Part shown: positions 29,322 to 41,958 of the stretch, piece by piece
Layout of the letters: every line of letters starts with the position of its first letter
Numbering within the stretch: the stretch's first letter is position 1
Assembly (NCBI GenBank): GCA_963806185.1
Contig: CAWDXE010000008.1
Span: 1 to 64,000 of the forward strand
Direction: 5' to 3'
Origin: an uncultured candidate division Zixibacteria bacterium
GTDB lineage: Bacteria > Zixibacteria > MSB-5A5 > GN15 > FEB-12
DNA: 64,000 bases
The notes under the pieces: model-generated
Databases searched by the model: none
What the model saw: the letters and a program-made list of their open reading frames with translations, nothing else
Told to the model about the DNA's origin: nothing
Translations under genes and position numbers: made by a program

Positions 29322-31316
29322 CTAGCAGATTGCGATAGTAGTCCATGACTCCCTCGATAGTCCGATCTCCCCTTGCCGTAGATCACGAATTGCTGCAGAG
29401 TGCAGCGAGGCGCCGGCTTGGTCACTTCTGCGGAGTGCGATAGTCATAAAAAGGAGGTGGCCGCCGGGAGAATTACTGTCTCCCTGGAAGAGAGTATCGG
29501 CAATAGCCATAGCGGCATCCAACCGATCCATCTTCACATATACCAAGCCAAGCCCTTCCAGGACATACGTCAGTCGTTTGTCAGCACGACGAATGATCAG
29601 GAATTCGCGTTCCGCTTCGACCAGACGGTTTGTGTTCAGATAGAGCTGGGCGAGATCATTTCGAAGTGTCGGCATGTTGGGAGAAAGCTGGAGAGCAGTT
29701 TTGTAGTGCGACTCCGACTCCTGGTTATTCCCCACCCTGGCATATGCCACACCCACCAAATGGTGAAAGTCCCAACGGTACGGATCAATCACCAGCAACT
29801 TAAGACCGATGGCAAGGGCGCTTCCCGCATCGCCCTTCATTACAGCGTCTGATGCCTTTCGGAATTCTTTGTCCTCAGGAAAAACGGATTCCCACCTCAT
29901 GAGAGTTGCTTGCGCTTGTTCGATCCTTCGGGCATCACGCAGATAATTGTTGAGTACGACCCAACCTGAGTGGTCCTTTCGTCCGTAGAAATCCAGCAAG
30001 GCACCGAGTCGACGGGCGGGGTCGTTGCCCCAGACATTCGGCGCAATAGCCAATCCCGCGAGAATCATACAGACGGCCGTGTACCCCATCACGAAACCGC
30101 GCGACGGGGGTCGCCGCTCCACAATTTGGTGCAGCACAAGTAACACGGCTGGAAGTAGCGTAAATGAGAACAGGTCCCAATCGCGAGCCATACCGAGCAC
30201 CGGGTCCACCAACATAAGGAGCGCAAGCGCCGGCAGTGTAATGAGCAGTAAGAACTTGCTGGTCACGTCATGGGCGATCAACGGGCGACTCCGCAGCCAC
30301 AGCCATAGCAACGCCAAAGCTCCGGGGAAGACGTATATCACCAAGTTGGCTATATCAAGGATGTGCCTGGCCGACCAGATCGCGTACTCCGGCGACCGCG
30401 GTCGCCCGGTGAATGGCGGAAGAAACACAATCGCGAAGTCGAGGCGCGTTCGGTAGAGCCACACGTAGACCGCGGCTCCGATTACCACCGCTATCGCTAT
30501 CCCAATCCCAATTCGCTTCCAGCTCAGCCAATTTGGCTTGGCGGCCAGCAACACTAAGACAGTTCCCGGAAACAGCACCAGCGCCTCCAGGTGCATGGCC
30601 GCCGCCACCAGAAGGGCGAGTACCACTTGCCATCGTCCGCAACCGGTCGCCAACGTCTTTAGGGCAGATGCCAAATACCATGTCCCCGCCGCCCAAAGCA
30701 TCGGATAAAACTCGATATATCCGAAAAACAACATGAGCGCGGTTGATCCAAAGAGTGTCACGAAAATGAGGATACGACCGACAGCGTCTCTCCCAAGCAG
30801 CTTGGCAATGACAACGAAGAAGTAGACAGTTACGGCCCCGCTTAGGCAGGACAGCAATTGAATGGCTCGCATGGCCGTATCGCGGTCATAGCCACCCATC
30901 GCGGCTTGAAGCCGGCGGATCAACTCAACCGACAAGATTTCCGTCGAGCGGCTATAATAGGTCTCTCCCTGCCCGAAATTAGCCAGAATCGTGTACCCGT
31001 CACCAAGCAGAAGCGACTTTCCTCGAAGTACGAAGAAGATCACTCCGCAGCCGATCGCAAGCCCTACGACCGGCCATGCACCCCGTTGAAACAACAGAAT
31101 CCCGACGGTATCGAATTGTCGGTCAAAGCTATCTGGAAAAATTAGCCCGAGAAGACAGGCAAACAAGGCCAGTGCGAGAAGCCCCCAGCACCACACGGGA
31201 AGGAATTGAAGATGATTGACTCCCCAGAGATACTGCCCCCCGACAAGGGCGGCGATACCAGCCAGAACCAGCGTGCCGATCAAGACGACAATAGCCATCG
31301 AATCGCGCGAAAACAT
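29322..31316 (-). CDS. Polytopic membrane protein with C-terminal TPR repeats (possible GT-C-like fold); C-terminus probably frameshifted
   Basis: About 12-13 hydrophobic segments, LLGDG, FFGYIE.Y, RDWDL motifs, then TPRs; an alternative frame continues to a stop at 29299-29301. Confidence 0.75.
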   Translation of the reverse strand: MFSRDSMAIVVLIGTLVLAGIAALVGGQYLWGVNHLQFLPVWCWGLLALALFACLLGLIFPDSFDRQFDTVGILLFQRGAWPVVGLAIGCGVIFFVLRGKSLLLGDGYTILANFGQGETYYSRSTEILSVELIRRLQAAMGGYDRDTAMRAIQLLSCLSGAVTVYFFVVIAKLLGRDAVGRILIFVTLFGSTALMLFFGYIEFYPMLWAAGTWYLASALKTLATGCGRWQVVLALLVAAAMHLEALVLFPGTVLVLLAAKPNWLSWKRIGIGIAIAVVIGAAVYVWLYRTRLDFAIVFLPPFTGRPRSPEYAIWSARHILDIANLVIYVFPGALALLWLWLRSRPLIAHDVTSKFLLLITLPALALLMLVDPVLGMARDWDLFSFTLLPAVLLVLHQIVERRPPSRGFVMGYTAVCMILAGLAIAPNVWGNDPARRLGALLDFYGRKDHSGWVVLNNYLRDARRIEQAQATLMRWESVFPEDKEFRKASDAVMKGDAGSALAIGLKLLVIDPYRWDFHHLVGVAYARVGNNQESESHYKTALQLSPNMPTLRNDLAQLYLNTNRLVEAEREFLIIRRADKRLTYVLEGLGLVYVKMDRLDAAMAIADTLFQGDSNSPGGHLLFMTIALRRSDQAGASLHSAAIRDLRQGEIGLSRESWTTIAIC

Positions 31317-31373
31317 ATTGACCGCAATATATACTGTATTCCGTCGCGACGGCAGGGATCTCATTCAGTCCAC

Positions 31374-31405
31374 AAAAAAAGCCGCCCGGCTTTCACCCGG
31401 CGGCT
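31374..31405 (-). terminator. Intrinsic terminator downstream of gyrB
   Basis: AGCCGCC...GGCGGCT stem with A7 on the plus strand (U7 on minus). Confidence 0.7.
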
Positions 31406-31428
31406 CGTCTTTCCAATGTCCGTGCGTC

Positions 31429-33390
<1,962 letters not shown>

Positions 33391-33723
33391 TTAACGTAGT
33401 CCTTTCTCATCTCGCACCAGCCGCAATTTCTTCACCACGTGGCCGTTTGGAAAGGATTGAACTCGCTTGAGAATCATTTCTATTTCCATAGCCATCTGCT
33501 GCCGCCAACCGTCATCAGGGACCGCCACATACAGCACTCCGTCCTCAAACCGGATTGCTCGGGCATGCTTCGCGTAGTGTTCACCGACGATTTCAGGCCA
33601 CCGAACGACCGCCGTCCAACCGCCAAACGAATTTCCCAATCCCAGCGACCTGATGACGCTGTCGATAATCCCGCCGATCTGAGGCGGTGTTTTGGACGGC
33701 CGAACGTGCTTTCCTGTCGTCAT
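33391..33723 (-). CDS. DUF721 / DciA family protein
   Basis: 'W.EIVG......A.A.....GVL.V.V....WRQQ' pattern, directly upstream of gyrB. Confidence 0.85.
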   Translation of the reverse strand: MTTGKHVRPSKTPPQIGGIIDSVIRSLGLGNSFGGWTAVVRWPEIVGEHYAKHARAIRFEDGVLYVAVPDDGWRQQMAMEIEMILKRVQSFPNGHVVKKLRLVRDEKGLR

Positions 33724-34011
33724 TGCTCCCTGCAGTTAACTGAACCAGAAGCATAACAATTATAGTAACCGATAGCAAGGAAAAAGGTTCCCATCGACCA
33801 AGTATAATACATTGTATGTCAACAAGTTGCGATAGTGCGAGCGGACCTGCTCAAATGTGATGTTTGACCCCTTTGAACAGCCTCCGGCGTAGGTCCAAAC
33901 GGCGCCTAATATCGCCTGTGACAGACCACATTTGGGCCAAAAAAACGGACCACCGATGGGGTCGGCAGTCCGTCTGGGGTTGGGAAAAAGGGTTGTGAGA
34001 GATTGGGAAAT

Positions 34012-34698
34012 CTATTTGCGCTTGGTGATCCTTCCGGAGCCGGAGACATTGCTCGAGACATTCTCCGGCGACCCATAATACTCTATCGAGCCGCTCCCGG
34101 ATACCTCCGCTTCAAGTGATACCTTGGCGAATACCTCGGCGTCACCTGAACCGCTGATCGTTACCGTCACATTGTCCGCTGCCAGATCAACGGTGTGAAT
34201 ACTGCCGGAACCGGACAAATCGACATTCAGATCGCCACAGGTGCCACTGGCCGTGAAAGTGCCGGAGCCGGACTGTTCAAATTCGAACTCTTCGGCCTTC
34301 ATATCTATTATTTCAATCTCACCCGAGCCGCTGATCGATATACGGTCAAGTGCTGTTACCGTGATCTCCACCTTGCAGTTCTCATGGCTGGACCAGCTAC
34401 CTTCCGACGACAGGTCGAGCGTGCGACCGTGCACCTTGGTCTCGATCTGGTCGATCAGATTGTCGTCAAAGGTCAGCGTGACCTTCTGCGTCGGTCCAAA
34501 TCGAACAGTAATGTCAAACGCCCCATCCGATTCAATGCGGGTAAACGAACCGACATCGCGGGTCTCGGTCGTCATCTCGCCCGAACCGCGTACGGTCTTT
34601 CCCCAGAAACCGGATTTGTGTGTCACTCGGTCGGCCAGCGCGTTCGAGGCCAGCGCCACCAGTGTCACAAGCAATACTCCGTACCCTGCTTTCCGCAT
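34012..34698 (-). CDS. DUF2807 (head GIN domain) secreted protein
   Basis: VRGSG..TTETR.V..F..I, DDNL...I.T.V, repeated SGSG.I units. Confidence 0.9.
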   Translation of the reverse strand: MRKAGYGVLLVTLVALASNALADRVTHKSGFWGKTVRGSGEMTTETRDVGSFTRIESDGAFDITVRFGPTQKVTLTFDDNLIDQIETKVHGRTLDLSSEGSWSSHENCKVEITVTALDRISISGSGEIEIIDMKAEEFEFEQSGSGTFTASGTCGDLNVDLSGSGSIHTVDLAADNVTVTISGSGDAEVFAKVSLEAEVSGSGSIEYYGSPENVSSNVSGSGRITKRK

Positions 34699-34737
34699 CT
34701 CTATACTCCTGTCTGGAAACGTAGCAACTACCGTCTC

Positions 34738-34764
34738 TACGGACGGGGAGCGGCCAATGTTTCA
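34738..34764 (-). promoter_or_regulatory. Putative ECF (SigW-like) promoter
   Basis: TGAAAC-N17-CGTA on the minus strand, 40 bp upstream of the DUF2807 gene. Confidence 0.65.
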
Positions 34765-34767
34765 CCC

Positions 34768-35751
34768 CTAGCGCAGATAAATCGAATCGATATACAGGGC
34801 AAAACTGTCCGCCGGCTGATGGGCAAACAGCTTGAAAGAGGCGATATGACGCATATCCAGCTCCCGATCCGCCGGTCCGTTCTTGACGTGCGACAAGGGG
34901 AGGGCGTACCTGTTCACACCGGGATGCACAACCAGCACACCATTAAACCGGTCGGCATACCGTTCGTCGTGATGGCTATCGTGGATGCGGGTTGCTATCA
35001 CCGTGGAGTCGGATAACGGTGAATAAATGCTGAATATCAGTGAATCGTAGGCGGTCCAGTCGGGGTGGCACTCCTCGAGCGCAAACGTGGGGTACTCACG
35101 CGACCAAAATGTCAGTTTGAGAGCCAGGTCGTCCGGTTGCGAACTTGCCGCGGGTGGCCAGGGAGCAAACTCCTTGTGAGCATCGTTGACAAAGACGAAC
35201 TTCCTCCCCCAGCGACTGTCGAAGTCACACAGCACCGGCAGATGAGCGGTGCGATAGAGCGAGGCAATCCCCCAGTCGAGGGTCGGCAGGAATACCCCAA
35301 ACAGCGATACTCCGGCGATCATCAGAAACGCCGTCGCTCTGCGGCGCACGCCGGCCCTCTCTTCCTCGTTGAAAAACGGATCGACCAGGGCGAACAGCAA
35401 CAACATCGACCAGGCGCCCACGACATCGCGGTAGAAATCGTTCAAATCGGCGTCCCGCCCGATAAACGCCTGGATAATTTCGGTTGTCATCCCGATGCCG
35501 GCTGTCACCCCAAGGGCGAACAGGTAGTGCAGCCAGTGCCGGATCCTTTCAAACACCAGGTGGAAAAACCAGACAAGCACCACGGCCGTAAGGCCAAACA
35601 ACGGCGCATGACAGGAATTCTGAAACGCCCGCCAGAAAAACGTGCGCTCCGGCAGCGGCAGAAAGAAGAAGATGAGCGTCAGCACCACGAGGGCGATGAA
35701 GATGTATAGAAACTGAATCTTGTGTGGTGATTCGGCGACACGACGTAACAT
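34768..35751 (-). CDS. VanZ-family membrane protein with C-terminal soluble domain
   Basis: H..LFG and 'EIIQAFIGRDA...D..RD..G' VanZ motif; soluble C-terminal DW..YD.L domain. Confidence 0.8.
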   Translation of the reverse strand: MLRRVAESPHKIQFLYIFIALVVLTLIFFFLPLPERTFFWRAFQNSCHAPLFGLTAVVLVWFFHLVFERIRHWLHYLFALGVTAGIGMTTEIIQAFIGRDADLNDFYRDVVGAWSMLLLFALVDPFFNEEERAGVRRRATAFLMIAGVSLFGVFLPTLDWGIASLYRTAHLPVLCDFDSRWGRKFVFVNDAHKEFAPWPPAASSQPDDLALKLTFWSREYPTFALEECHPDWTAYDSLIFSIYSPLSDSTVIATRIHDSHHDERYADRFNGVLVVHPGVNRYALPLSHVKNGPADRELDMRHIASFKLFAHQPADSFALYIDSIYLR

Positions 35752-35857
35752 GCGGAAAAGTATGCGCACTTGAGTTGTTCTCGAGCAAGCGAAAAGGCGC
35801 ATTTCACCGGCCAACTATTGCTTGCCTCGCTTGGTGACGAGGGGTATTATCGATCTC

Positions 35858-36430
35858 ATGGAGACCATCGCCGCCCGTTTCCAACTTGTCGGCACCAGAC
35901 TGAAGCTGCGGCGGTTCCGCCGCGAGGATGCTCCCGCTGTCTTTGCCTATGCGAGAGATTATGAAGCCGGCCGCTACACCCACATCCCGCATCCGTACAC
36001 GCTGGGCGACGCCGATATTTTCCTCCGCCACACCATTCGCTGTTACCGGACGAAAAAGCAGATCACCTTCGCTATCGAACTGCTCGAGAACAGCCGCGTG
36101 ATCGGCGGCATCGGCCTGCACAATATCGAATTTTCCCGCCAGAACAGCGAGATGGGGTATGTCATCGGCAAGGAGTACTGGGGGCACGGGTACATGACGG
36201 AAGCGGTCGCCCTGATGACGAATTACTGCTTCACTCAGCTCAAACTGCACCGCGTCTACGCACGGGTCTTCCATCCCAACCTTGCGTCTGCAAGGGTGCT
36301 TGAAAAAAACGGCTACAGTCTGGAGGGCCGGCATCGCGAGGCGATCTACCGCGAGGGTCAGTGGCTGGACGAATTGGTGTACGCCAAGCTGAGATCGGAA
36401 GATCGACCGTCGCCAATTGAATCGCTTTGA
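35858..36430 (+). CDS. GNAT N-acetyltransferase (RimJ/RimL-like)
   Basis: RLKLRRF, EMGYVIG..YWG.GYMTEAV, N.ASARVLEK.G. Confidence 0.92.
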   Translation: METIAARFQLVGTRLKLRRFRREDAPAVFAYARDYEAGRYTHIPHPYTLGDADIFLRHTIRCYRTKKQITFAIELLENSRVIGGIGLHNIEFSRQNSEMGYVIGKEYWGHGYMTEAVALMTNYCFTQLKLHRVYARVFHPNLASARVLEKNGYSLEGRHREAIYREGQWLDELVYAKLRSEDRPSPIESL

Positions 36431-36474
36431 GTTTTTTGTTGCTTGCCTTTTTGAGTTCGCCGATCCTTTCCCCC

Positions 36475-37047
36475 ATGTCACGCATCCAGACTCCACCACC
36501 CGGACGGCTCGTTGTGTCCGTCCTCTATTCCTCGATCGACGCCCTGGCCGATTCGCTCAAACTGCTCGAACGCCACTTCGGCCGCGTCCAGTGCGAGACC
36601 ACCGAAATCGAATGCTCGGACAATACCTACTCCGAAGAAATGGGCCAGCAGCTCTGGCGCCGTTTCTTTTCCTTCGAACGAATCGTCGCCCGCGATAGTC
36701 TGCCTGAAATCAAGGCCACCTGCCACAAAATCGAGGAGGCCTTCGGCGACCGCGTCGACGACTACACTTTTAGAACCGTCAACCTCGACCCTGGTATTCT
36801 CACTCCCGAGAATCTGGTCATGGCCTCACATCGCGATTTCAATAACCGGATATATCTGGGCAAGGGCGTGTTCGCCGAATTGACTTTGATCTACGGCCGC
36901 GAGGGCCTGACCCGTCTTCCCTGGACCAATCCGGATTTCTGCACCGAGGAATCGGTCGATTTCTTCCTCCGGGTACGGGAAACTTTCAGTGACAATATCC
37001 CTGTTCGTCGCCTCACCCTCCCCCTGCGCGGGCTCCAAGCCGGCTGA
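36475..37047 (+). CDS. DUF4416 family protein
   Basis: Y.EEMG, R.VNLDPG, MASH.DF..RIYLGKGVFAELTL.Y, LPWT.PD. Confidence 0.88.
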   Translation: MSRIQTPPPGRLVVSVLYSSIDALADSLKLLERHFGRVQCETTEIECSDNTYSEEMGQQLWRRFFSFERIVARDSLPEIKATCHKIEEAFGDRVDDYTFRTVNLDPGILTPENLVMASHRDFNNRIYLGKGVFAELTLIYGREGLTRLPWTNPDFCTEESVDFFLRVRETFSDNIPVRRLTLPLRGLQAG

Positions 37048-37183
37048 TTTTCCGACCTTTACACTCTGAGACCGTTTTTTTCTTTCCATCTGGCCACAGG
37101 TAACGCAAATTCGGTCTGCCAAAGTATTGGCACCGCTGCCGTTGCGGGAACGGATATGCTGCAACCGGTTACAAAGGGTATCC

Positions 37184-38458
37184 ATGGATAAGTTCGTCAT
37201 ACAAGGACCAGCAACCATAGACGGGAAAATTAAGACCGACGGCTCAAAAAATGCCGCTCTCCCGATCATCTCCGGCGCTCTGCTCATCGCCAACGGCGAG
37301 ACAACGATCCGCAACATCCCACCGCTCCGCGATATATTCACGCTGATTGCCATGCTCGAGTACGTCGGAGCCAAGGTCACCTACGACCGGGACGCCGAGG
37401 TCATGACCATCAACGCCAAGACGTTGACCCAAAATACCGCCCCTTATGAATTGATGCGCCAAATGCGCGCCTCGTTCCTCGTCCTGGGTCCGCTGCTGGC
37501 TCGAATGGGGGAAGCTCGGATTTCTTTACCCGGCGGCTGCTCACTGGGCGCCAGACCGGTCGATTTCCACATTAAAGCGTTCGCCACGATGGGCGCAAAG
37601 ATTCGCGAAGAAGCCGGATATGTGATCGCCCAGGCCAAACCGCTGCTTGGCGGATCGATTTATTTCGATCGTCCCTCCCATACCGGCACCGAAAATGTCC
37701 TTTTCGGCGCCGTCCTGGCCCGTCACAAGACTATCATCACCAATGCCGCCTGTGACCCGGAAATAGTCGATGTTGCCAATTTCCTGAATCAGGCCGGAGC
37801 AAAGATCCACGGCGTCGGCACGCCATACATCGAAGTTGAACCGGTCAAAAAACTCAGCGCCGTCGACTACTCGGTCTGCGGCGATCGCCTGGTCGCCGGT
37901 ACCTATATGTTCGGTGCTGCAATCACCGGAGGAAAAGTCGAAGTTACCGGGATCGACCCGGTTCAACTGACTATGGTTAATCACAAGCTGGTGGAGATGG
38001 GCTGCATTGTCACTACCCGCAAAGCGAGCATTGTGGTCAAAGCGCCCAAAAAACTCGGACCGGTCCAGGTCACTACCTTTCCTTTCCCCGGCTTCCCGAC
38101 CGACCTTCAGGCCTGCATTATGGCGGCCGCTTGTGTGGCCTCGGGAACCTCCCATATCCGCGAAACTGTTTTTACTGATAGGTTCAACCATACGATGGAA
38201 ATGCGCCGCCTCGGGGCCGAGATTACCATTGCCAGTGACGAGGCCATCATTTCGGGAGTCGATCAACTTCGCGGCGCGGAAGTCATGGCCCCGGATATCC
38301 GGGCCGGCGCCGGCCTGGTGCTGGCTTGCCTCGCCGCCGAGGGTAAATCGGAGGTCCGACGTGTCTACCATATCGACCGAGGGTATTTCCGGCTCGAGGA
38401 ACGTCTGCGCTCCATCGGCGTGGATATTGAACGGGCCGACGACCGTGGGGCGGAGTGA
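37184..38458 (+). CDS. murA: UDP-N-acetylglucosamine 1-carboxyvinyltransferase
   Basis: GSKNAALP, MRAS, LPGGCSLGARP, FPGFPTDLQ, DIRAGA, HIDRGY. Confidence 0.97.
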   Translation: MDKFVIQGPATIDGKIKTDGSKNAALPIISGALLIANGETTIRNIPPLRDIFTLIAMLEYVGAKVTYDRDAEVMTINAKTLTQNTAPYELMRQMRASFLVLGPLLARMGEARISLPGGCSLGARPVDFHIKAFATMGAKIREEAGYVIAQAKPLLGGSIYFDRPSHTGTENVLFGAVLARHKTIITNAACDPEIVDVANFLNQAGAKIHGVGTPYIEVEPVKKLSAVDYSVCGDRLVAGTYMFGAAITGGKVEVTGIDPVQLTMVNHKLVEMGCIVTTRKASIVVKAPKKLGPVQVTTFPFPGFPTDLQACIMAAACVASGTSHIRETVFTDRFNHTMEMRRLGAEITIASDEAIISGVDQLRGAEVMAPDIRAGAGLVLACLAAEGKSEVRRVYHIDRGYFRLEERLRSIGVDIERADDRGAE

Positions 38459-38590
38459 ACAACTGGAATGTGAAGGCTGACGTTTCCATTGGTAATGACC
38501 GATAATACGTATTGAGCCCGAAAGACCGGCTGGACGACCGGTTGCACGACCCGCCCGGACGGATCGTCTCATTAGAAGAGGATGTTTGTC

Positions 38591-41500
38591 ATGAAGAAAA
38601 CGTTAGCTGCGTTTCTGGTTTTGCTCGCGATCCTGCCCGTATCAGCTCAATCCCAGGAAACGTACTTCGGCAAAAACAAGGTCCAATACCGCGATTTCAA
38701 CTGGAAATTCATCCAGACGCGACGGTTCGATATCTACTTCTATGATGACGCGTACCCGATCGCGAAGTTCACCGCCGACGTCCTTGAAAAGGCCTACGAT
38801 GAAGTGACGCGGGAACTGGATTACCGTATCCAGCGACGCGTCCCGGTCTTCGTTTACATCTCACACAACGATTTTCAACAGACGAACATCGTCTCCGAAT
38901 TGCTCCCTGAAGGTGTGGGCGGCTTCACCGAGGCCTTCAAGAACCGCATCGTCATCCCCTTCACCGGCTCCTTTGAGGATTATCGCCACGTCCTCCACCA
39001 CGAATTGACTCATGCCGTCGTTTACGATATGCTCTTCGGCGGCAACCTGGCGTCGATCATCTCCCGCCAGCGTCTGTTCAACATGCCGCTCTGGTTTGCC
39101 GAGGGGTACGCGGAGTATTCTTCGCGTCACGGCTGGGACTACCAGTCGGACATGTACGTCCGCGACGCCACCATCAACGGCTACCTCACCCCGCCCGATT
39201 ATCTGGGCGGCTTCCTCGCCTACAAGCAGGGACAGGCGATGGTGAAATACATCGCCGACAAGTACGGCGAAGACAAGCTGGGCGATCTCATCCAGAAAGG
39301 CAAAGTGCACCTCAGCATGAACAAGGCGATGAAGGCGTCGATCGGCGTCTCAGAGGAGGACTTCTACAAGGAGTTTTCCAAAGAGATGAAACGCCGCTAC
39401 TGGCCGGAAATCGCCAAGCGTAAAGAAGCCCCCGATATCAGCAAACAACTCACCAAGGCGCGTGAAGACGGCTCATACTTCAACGAAAAGCCGGTCTATA
39501 CTCCCGATGGCGGCCGCATTGCCATCTTCTCCGACATCTCCGATTACACCGAGATCATCCTGATCTCTGCTCTTGACGGTAAGAAGATCGAGTCGCTGGT
39601 GAAGGGCGAGCGATCAGGTGACCTTGAATCACTGCATTCTTACGTCTCCGGCATGTCGTTCTCCCCGGATGGCAAATCGCTCGTGTTCGTCGCCAAACAT
39701 AAGGGGCAGGACGCGCTGATGTTTCTCGACGTCAAGGATAAGGACGTATATAAGAAGCTCCGCCTCCCCTTCCGCGGCATTGTGTCGCCCGCCTGGTCTC
39801 CTGACGGCAAAAAGATCGCCTTCTCCGCGCTCAGCGACAATACCCGCGACCTGTACGTCCTCGATATCGCTTCTGAATCTTTCCGCCAGATCACCGACGA
39901 TCGCTTTGACGACGTCGATCCGACCTGGATGCCCGGCTCCGAGGAACTGATTTTCACATCCGATCGCCCGCACCCGCAGAATCCGGTCCTCAACAACATG
40001 GGCCACCCGTATGTTAAATCCGACTCCGCCTTCATGCCGGGCGGCTTCGCCTATGGCACCTACAATCTGTTCCGCATAGATGTCGCCAGCGAACGGATTC
40101 AGCCGGTCGACGTCGGCCCCGGCTCCAATCGCAATCCCGACGTGTCGCCGGACGGCCGAAAAGTCGCGTTCATTTCAAACCGAAACGGCATCGATAACAT
40201 TTACATTGGCATGCTTGATTCCGCAAAGAACTATGCCGTGACCGATTTGCTTACCGGCGCGCACGATCTGTCGTGGGCGCCCGATGGCGACCGCATCGCC
40301 TACTCCGCCTTCTTTCAGGGAGCCTTCGACATCTTCGTGTTGAAAGACCTTATCCCCGCCGGAGACAATGGCGTGCTCACCCCCACCGATTATGTCCTGG
40401 GCAAGTACAATCTGCTGCCCGGTGCGACGGCATCACGTGACTCCGTCAAAATCACCGCGCCTGATAGCGCGATCATTCGACCGCCCATTCCTTTGGGCGC
40501 ATCAGATACCCTCGCACATGTCGCCGATTCGACCGGCAATCATATCGCAACCAGCGACACCACCGTGCTTGCCGCCAAACCGTCAGATACTGCTGTCACC
40601 AGCACTGGAATTATCGACGACGAGTACGTCTTCGTGAGCGATCGAAAAGATCCGCTTGATTCCCTCCTGGCCCCCATCCCCCGGGATAGCCTCGGCAATA
40701 CCCAACCGCTGGCCGAACCGCCGTCCTTTGATTCCATCCCTCCGCCGCTCCCGAGCGGCGAGTACGACATAAAGAAATACTCGGTGAAATTCACCCCCGA
40801 TTTTGTCGGCGGCGGCTTCAGCTACAATACCTTTTTTGGTGTCCGCGGTCAGTCATACTTCGTCTTCTCGGATTACCTGGGCAATCACCAGATTTACGTG
40901 GCTCTGGATCTGGTCAATACGATCGATCAGTCGTTCATTCAGGCCTATTATTTCAATAACACGCGACGGGTTAACCTCGGCGCCGGGTTCTTCCACACAA
41001 AGAATTTCTATACCGACAACCGGGACTATCTCTTCTCCGATCGATTCTACGGCATCCAGGGCTTCGCCCAGCGGCCGTTCTCGATGTTCAGCCGGCTGGA
41101 ATTCGGCGCCTCCCAGTACTTCATCGATCGCGAGTACTACGACATTCAGGACACTCGCCCCAACCGGAGCTCGCAGGTGACCACTGGCCAGCTTTCCTGG
41201 GTGTTCGACAACGTCCTCTGGGGATACACCGGTCCGATCAACGGTCGTCGCGCAAAAATCAGTCTTGACGGCGGCGTCAATTTCTTCGACGCGGGCGACA
41301 TAGAATTTTACTCAGCCGAACTCGACTACCGCAAATACTGGCACATCAAAGGACAAGTGTCGATGGCTCTCCGGTTCGCCGGCGGCGCCTCCTTCGGTCG
41401 CACACCGAAACTGTATTTCCTCGGCGGCACGACCAACTGGATCGGATCACGTACGCTCGACGCCCAGGTGTACGAAGTGGAGAATCTGTACTTCTCCGAA

Positions 41501-41872
41501 GTGATCACCCCGGTGCGCGGCATTGACTACTACGATTGGGCCGGCGATCGTTTCGGCCTGATGAACTGGGAGTTGCGCTTCCCGCTCGTCCAGGTACTGG
41601 CTATGAAATACCCCTTGCCGATCGTCCTCACCAACATCACCGGTGTCCTGTTTACCGACGTCGGTTCGACCTGGTATGGCAATGATTTCAAGATCGGCAC
41701 GTCGGAGGGTGGTCGTAGTCGCTTGCTCGACCTGCACACCGGCTTCGGCGCCGGTCTTCGCCTGAACCTGTTCGGCCTGGCCTTGCTGCGCTATGATATC
41801 GCCTGGTCGACCGATTTCTACAACATCACGAAATCGCCCAGTCACTATTTCTCGCTGGGCGCCGACTTCTAA
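38591..41872 (+). CDS. Omp85/BamA-TamA family protein with N-terminal zincin-like domain and PD40/TolB propeller
   Basis: FGKNKVQY, HHELTH...WFAEGYAEY, multiple SPDG repeats, barrel with VRG motif and terminal LGADF. Confidence 0.88.
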   Translation: MKKTLAAFLVLLAILPVSAQSQETYFGKNKVQYRDFNWKFIQTRRFDIYFYDDAYPIAKFTADVLEKAYDEVTRELDYRIQRRVPVFVYISHNDFQQTNIVSELLPEGVGGFTEAFKNRIVIPFTGSFEDYRHVLHHELTHAVVYDMLFGGNLASIISRQRLFNMPLWFAEGYAEYSSRHGWDYQSDMYVRDATINGYLTPPDYLGGFLAYKQGQAMVKYIADKYGEDKLGDLIQKGKVHLSMNKAMKASIGVSEEDFYKEFSKEMKRRYWPEIAKRKEAPDISKQLTKAREDGSYFNEKPVYTPDGGRIAIFSDISDYTEIILISALDGKKIESLVKGERSGDLESLHSYVSGMSFSPDGKSLVFVAKHKGQDALMFLDVKDKDVYKKLRLPFRGIVSPAWSPDGKKIAFSALSDNTRDLYVLDIASESFRQITDDRFDDVDPTWMPGSEELIFTSDRPHPQNPVLNNMGHPYVKSDSAFMPGGFAYGTYNLFRIDVASERIQPVDVGPGSNRNPDVSPDGRKVAFISNRNGIDNIYIGMLDSAKNYAVTDLLTGAHDLSWAPDGDRIAYSAFFQGAFDIFVLKDLIPAGDNGVLTPTDYVLGKYNLLPGATASRDSVKITAPDSAIIRPPIPLGASDTLAHVADSTGNHIATSDTTVLAAKPSDTAVTSTGIIDDEYVFVSDRKDPLDSLLAPIPRDSLGNTQPLAEPPSFDSIPPPLPSGEYDIKKYSVKFTPDFVGGGFSYNTFFGVRGQSYFVFSDYLGNHQIYVALDLVNTIDQSFIQAYYFNNTRRVNLGAGFFHTKNFYTDNRDYLFSDRFYGIQGFAQRPFSMFSRLEFGASQYFIDREYYDIQDTRPNRSSQVTTGQLSWVFDNVLWGYTGPINGRRAKISLDGGVNFFDAGDIEFYSAELDYRKYWHIKGQVSMALRFAGGASFGRTPKLYFLGGTTNWIGSRTLDAQVYEVENLYFSEVITPVRGIDYYDWAGDRFGLMNWELRFPLVQVLAMKYPLPIVLTNITGVLFTDVGSTWYGNDFKIGTSEGGRSRLLDLHTGFGAGLRLNLFGLALLRYDIAWSTDFYNITKSPSHYFSLGADF

Positions 41873-41895
41873 TCGAATCCTCGAACGTTCGCACA

Positions 41896-41934
41896 AAAAA
41901 ACGCAGTCCCGTGAGGAAATGGGACTGCGTTCTT
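41896..41934. terminator. Bidirectional terminator between convergent genes
   Basis: A-run, AACGCAGTCCC / GGGACTGCGTT stem, then CTT. Confidence 0.75.
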
Positions 41935-41958
41935 GCTGTTGTAAATTTCCTGTCAATC

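Noticed and set aside
33724..34011. oriC upstream of dciA-gyrB
   Set aside because: No TTATCCACA-like DnaA box cluster seen
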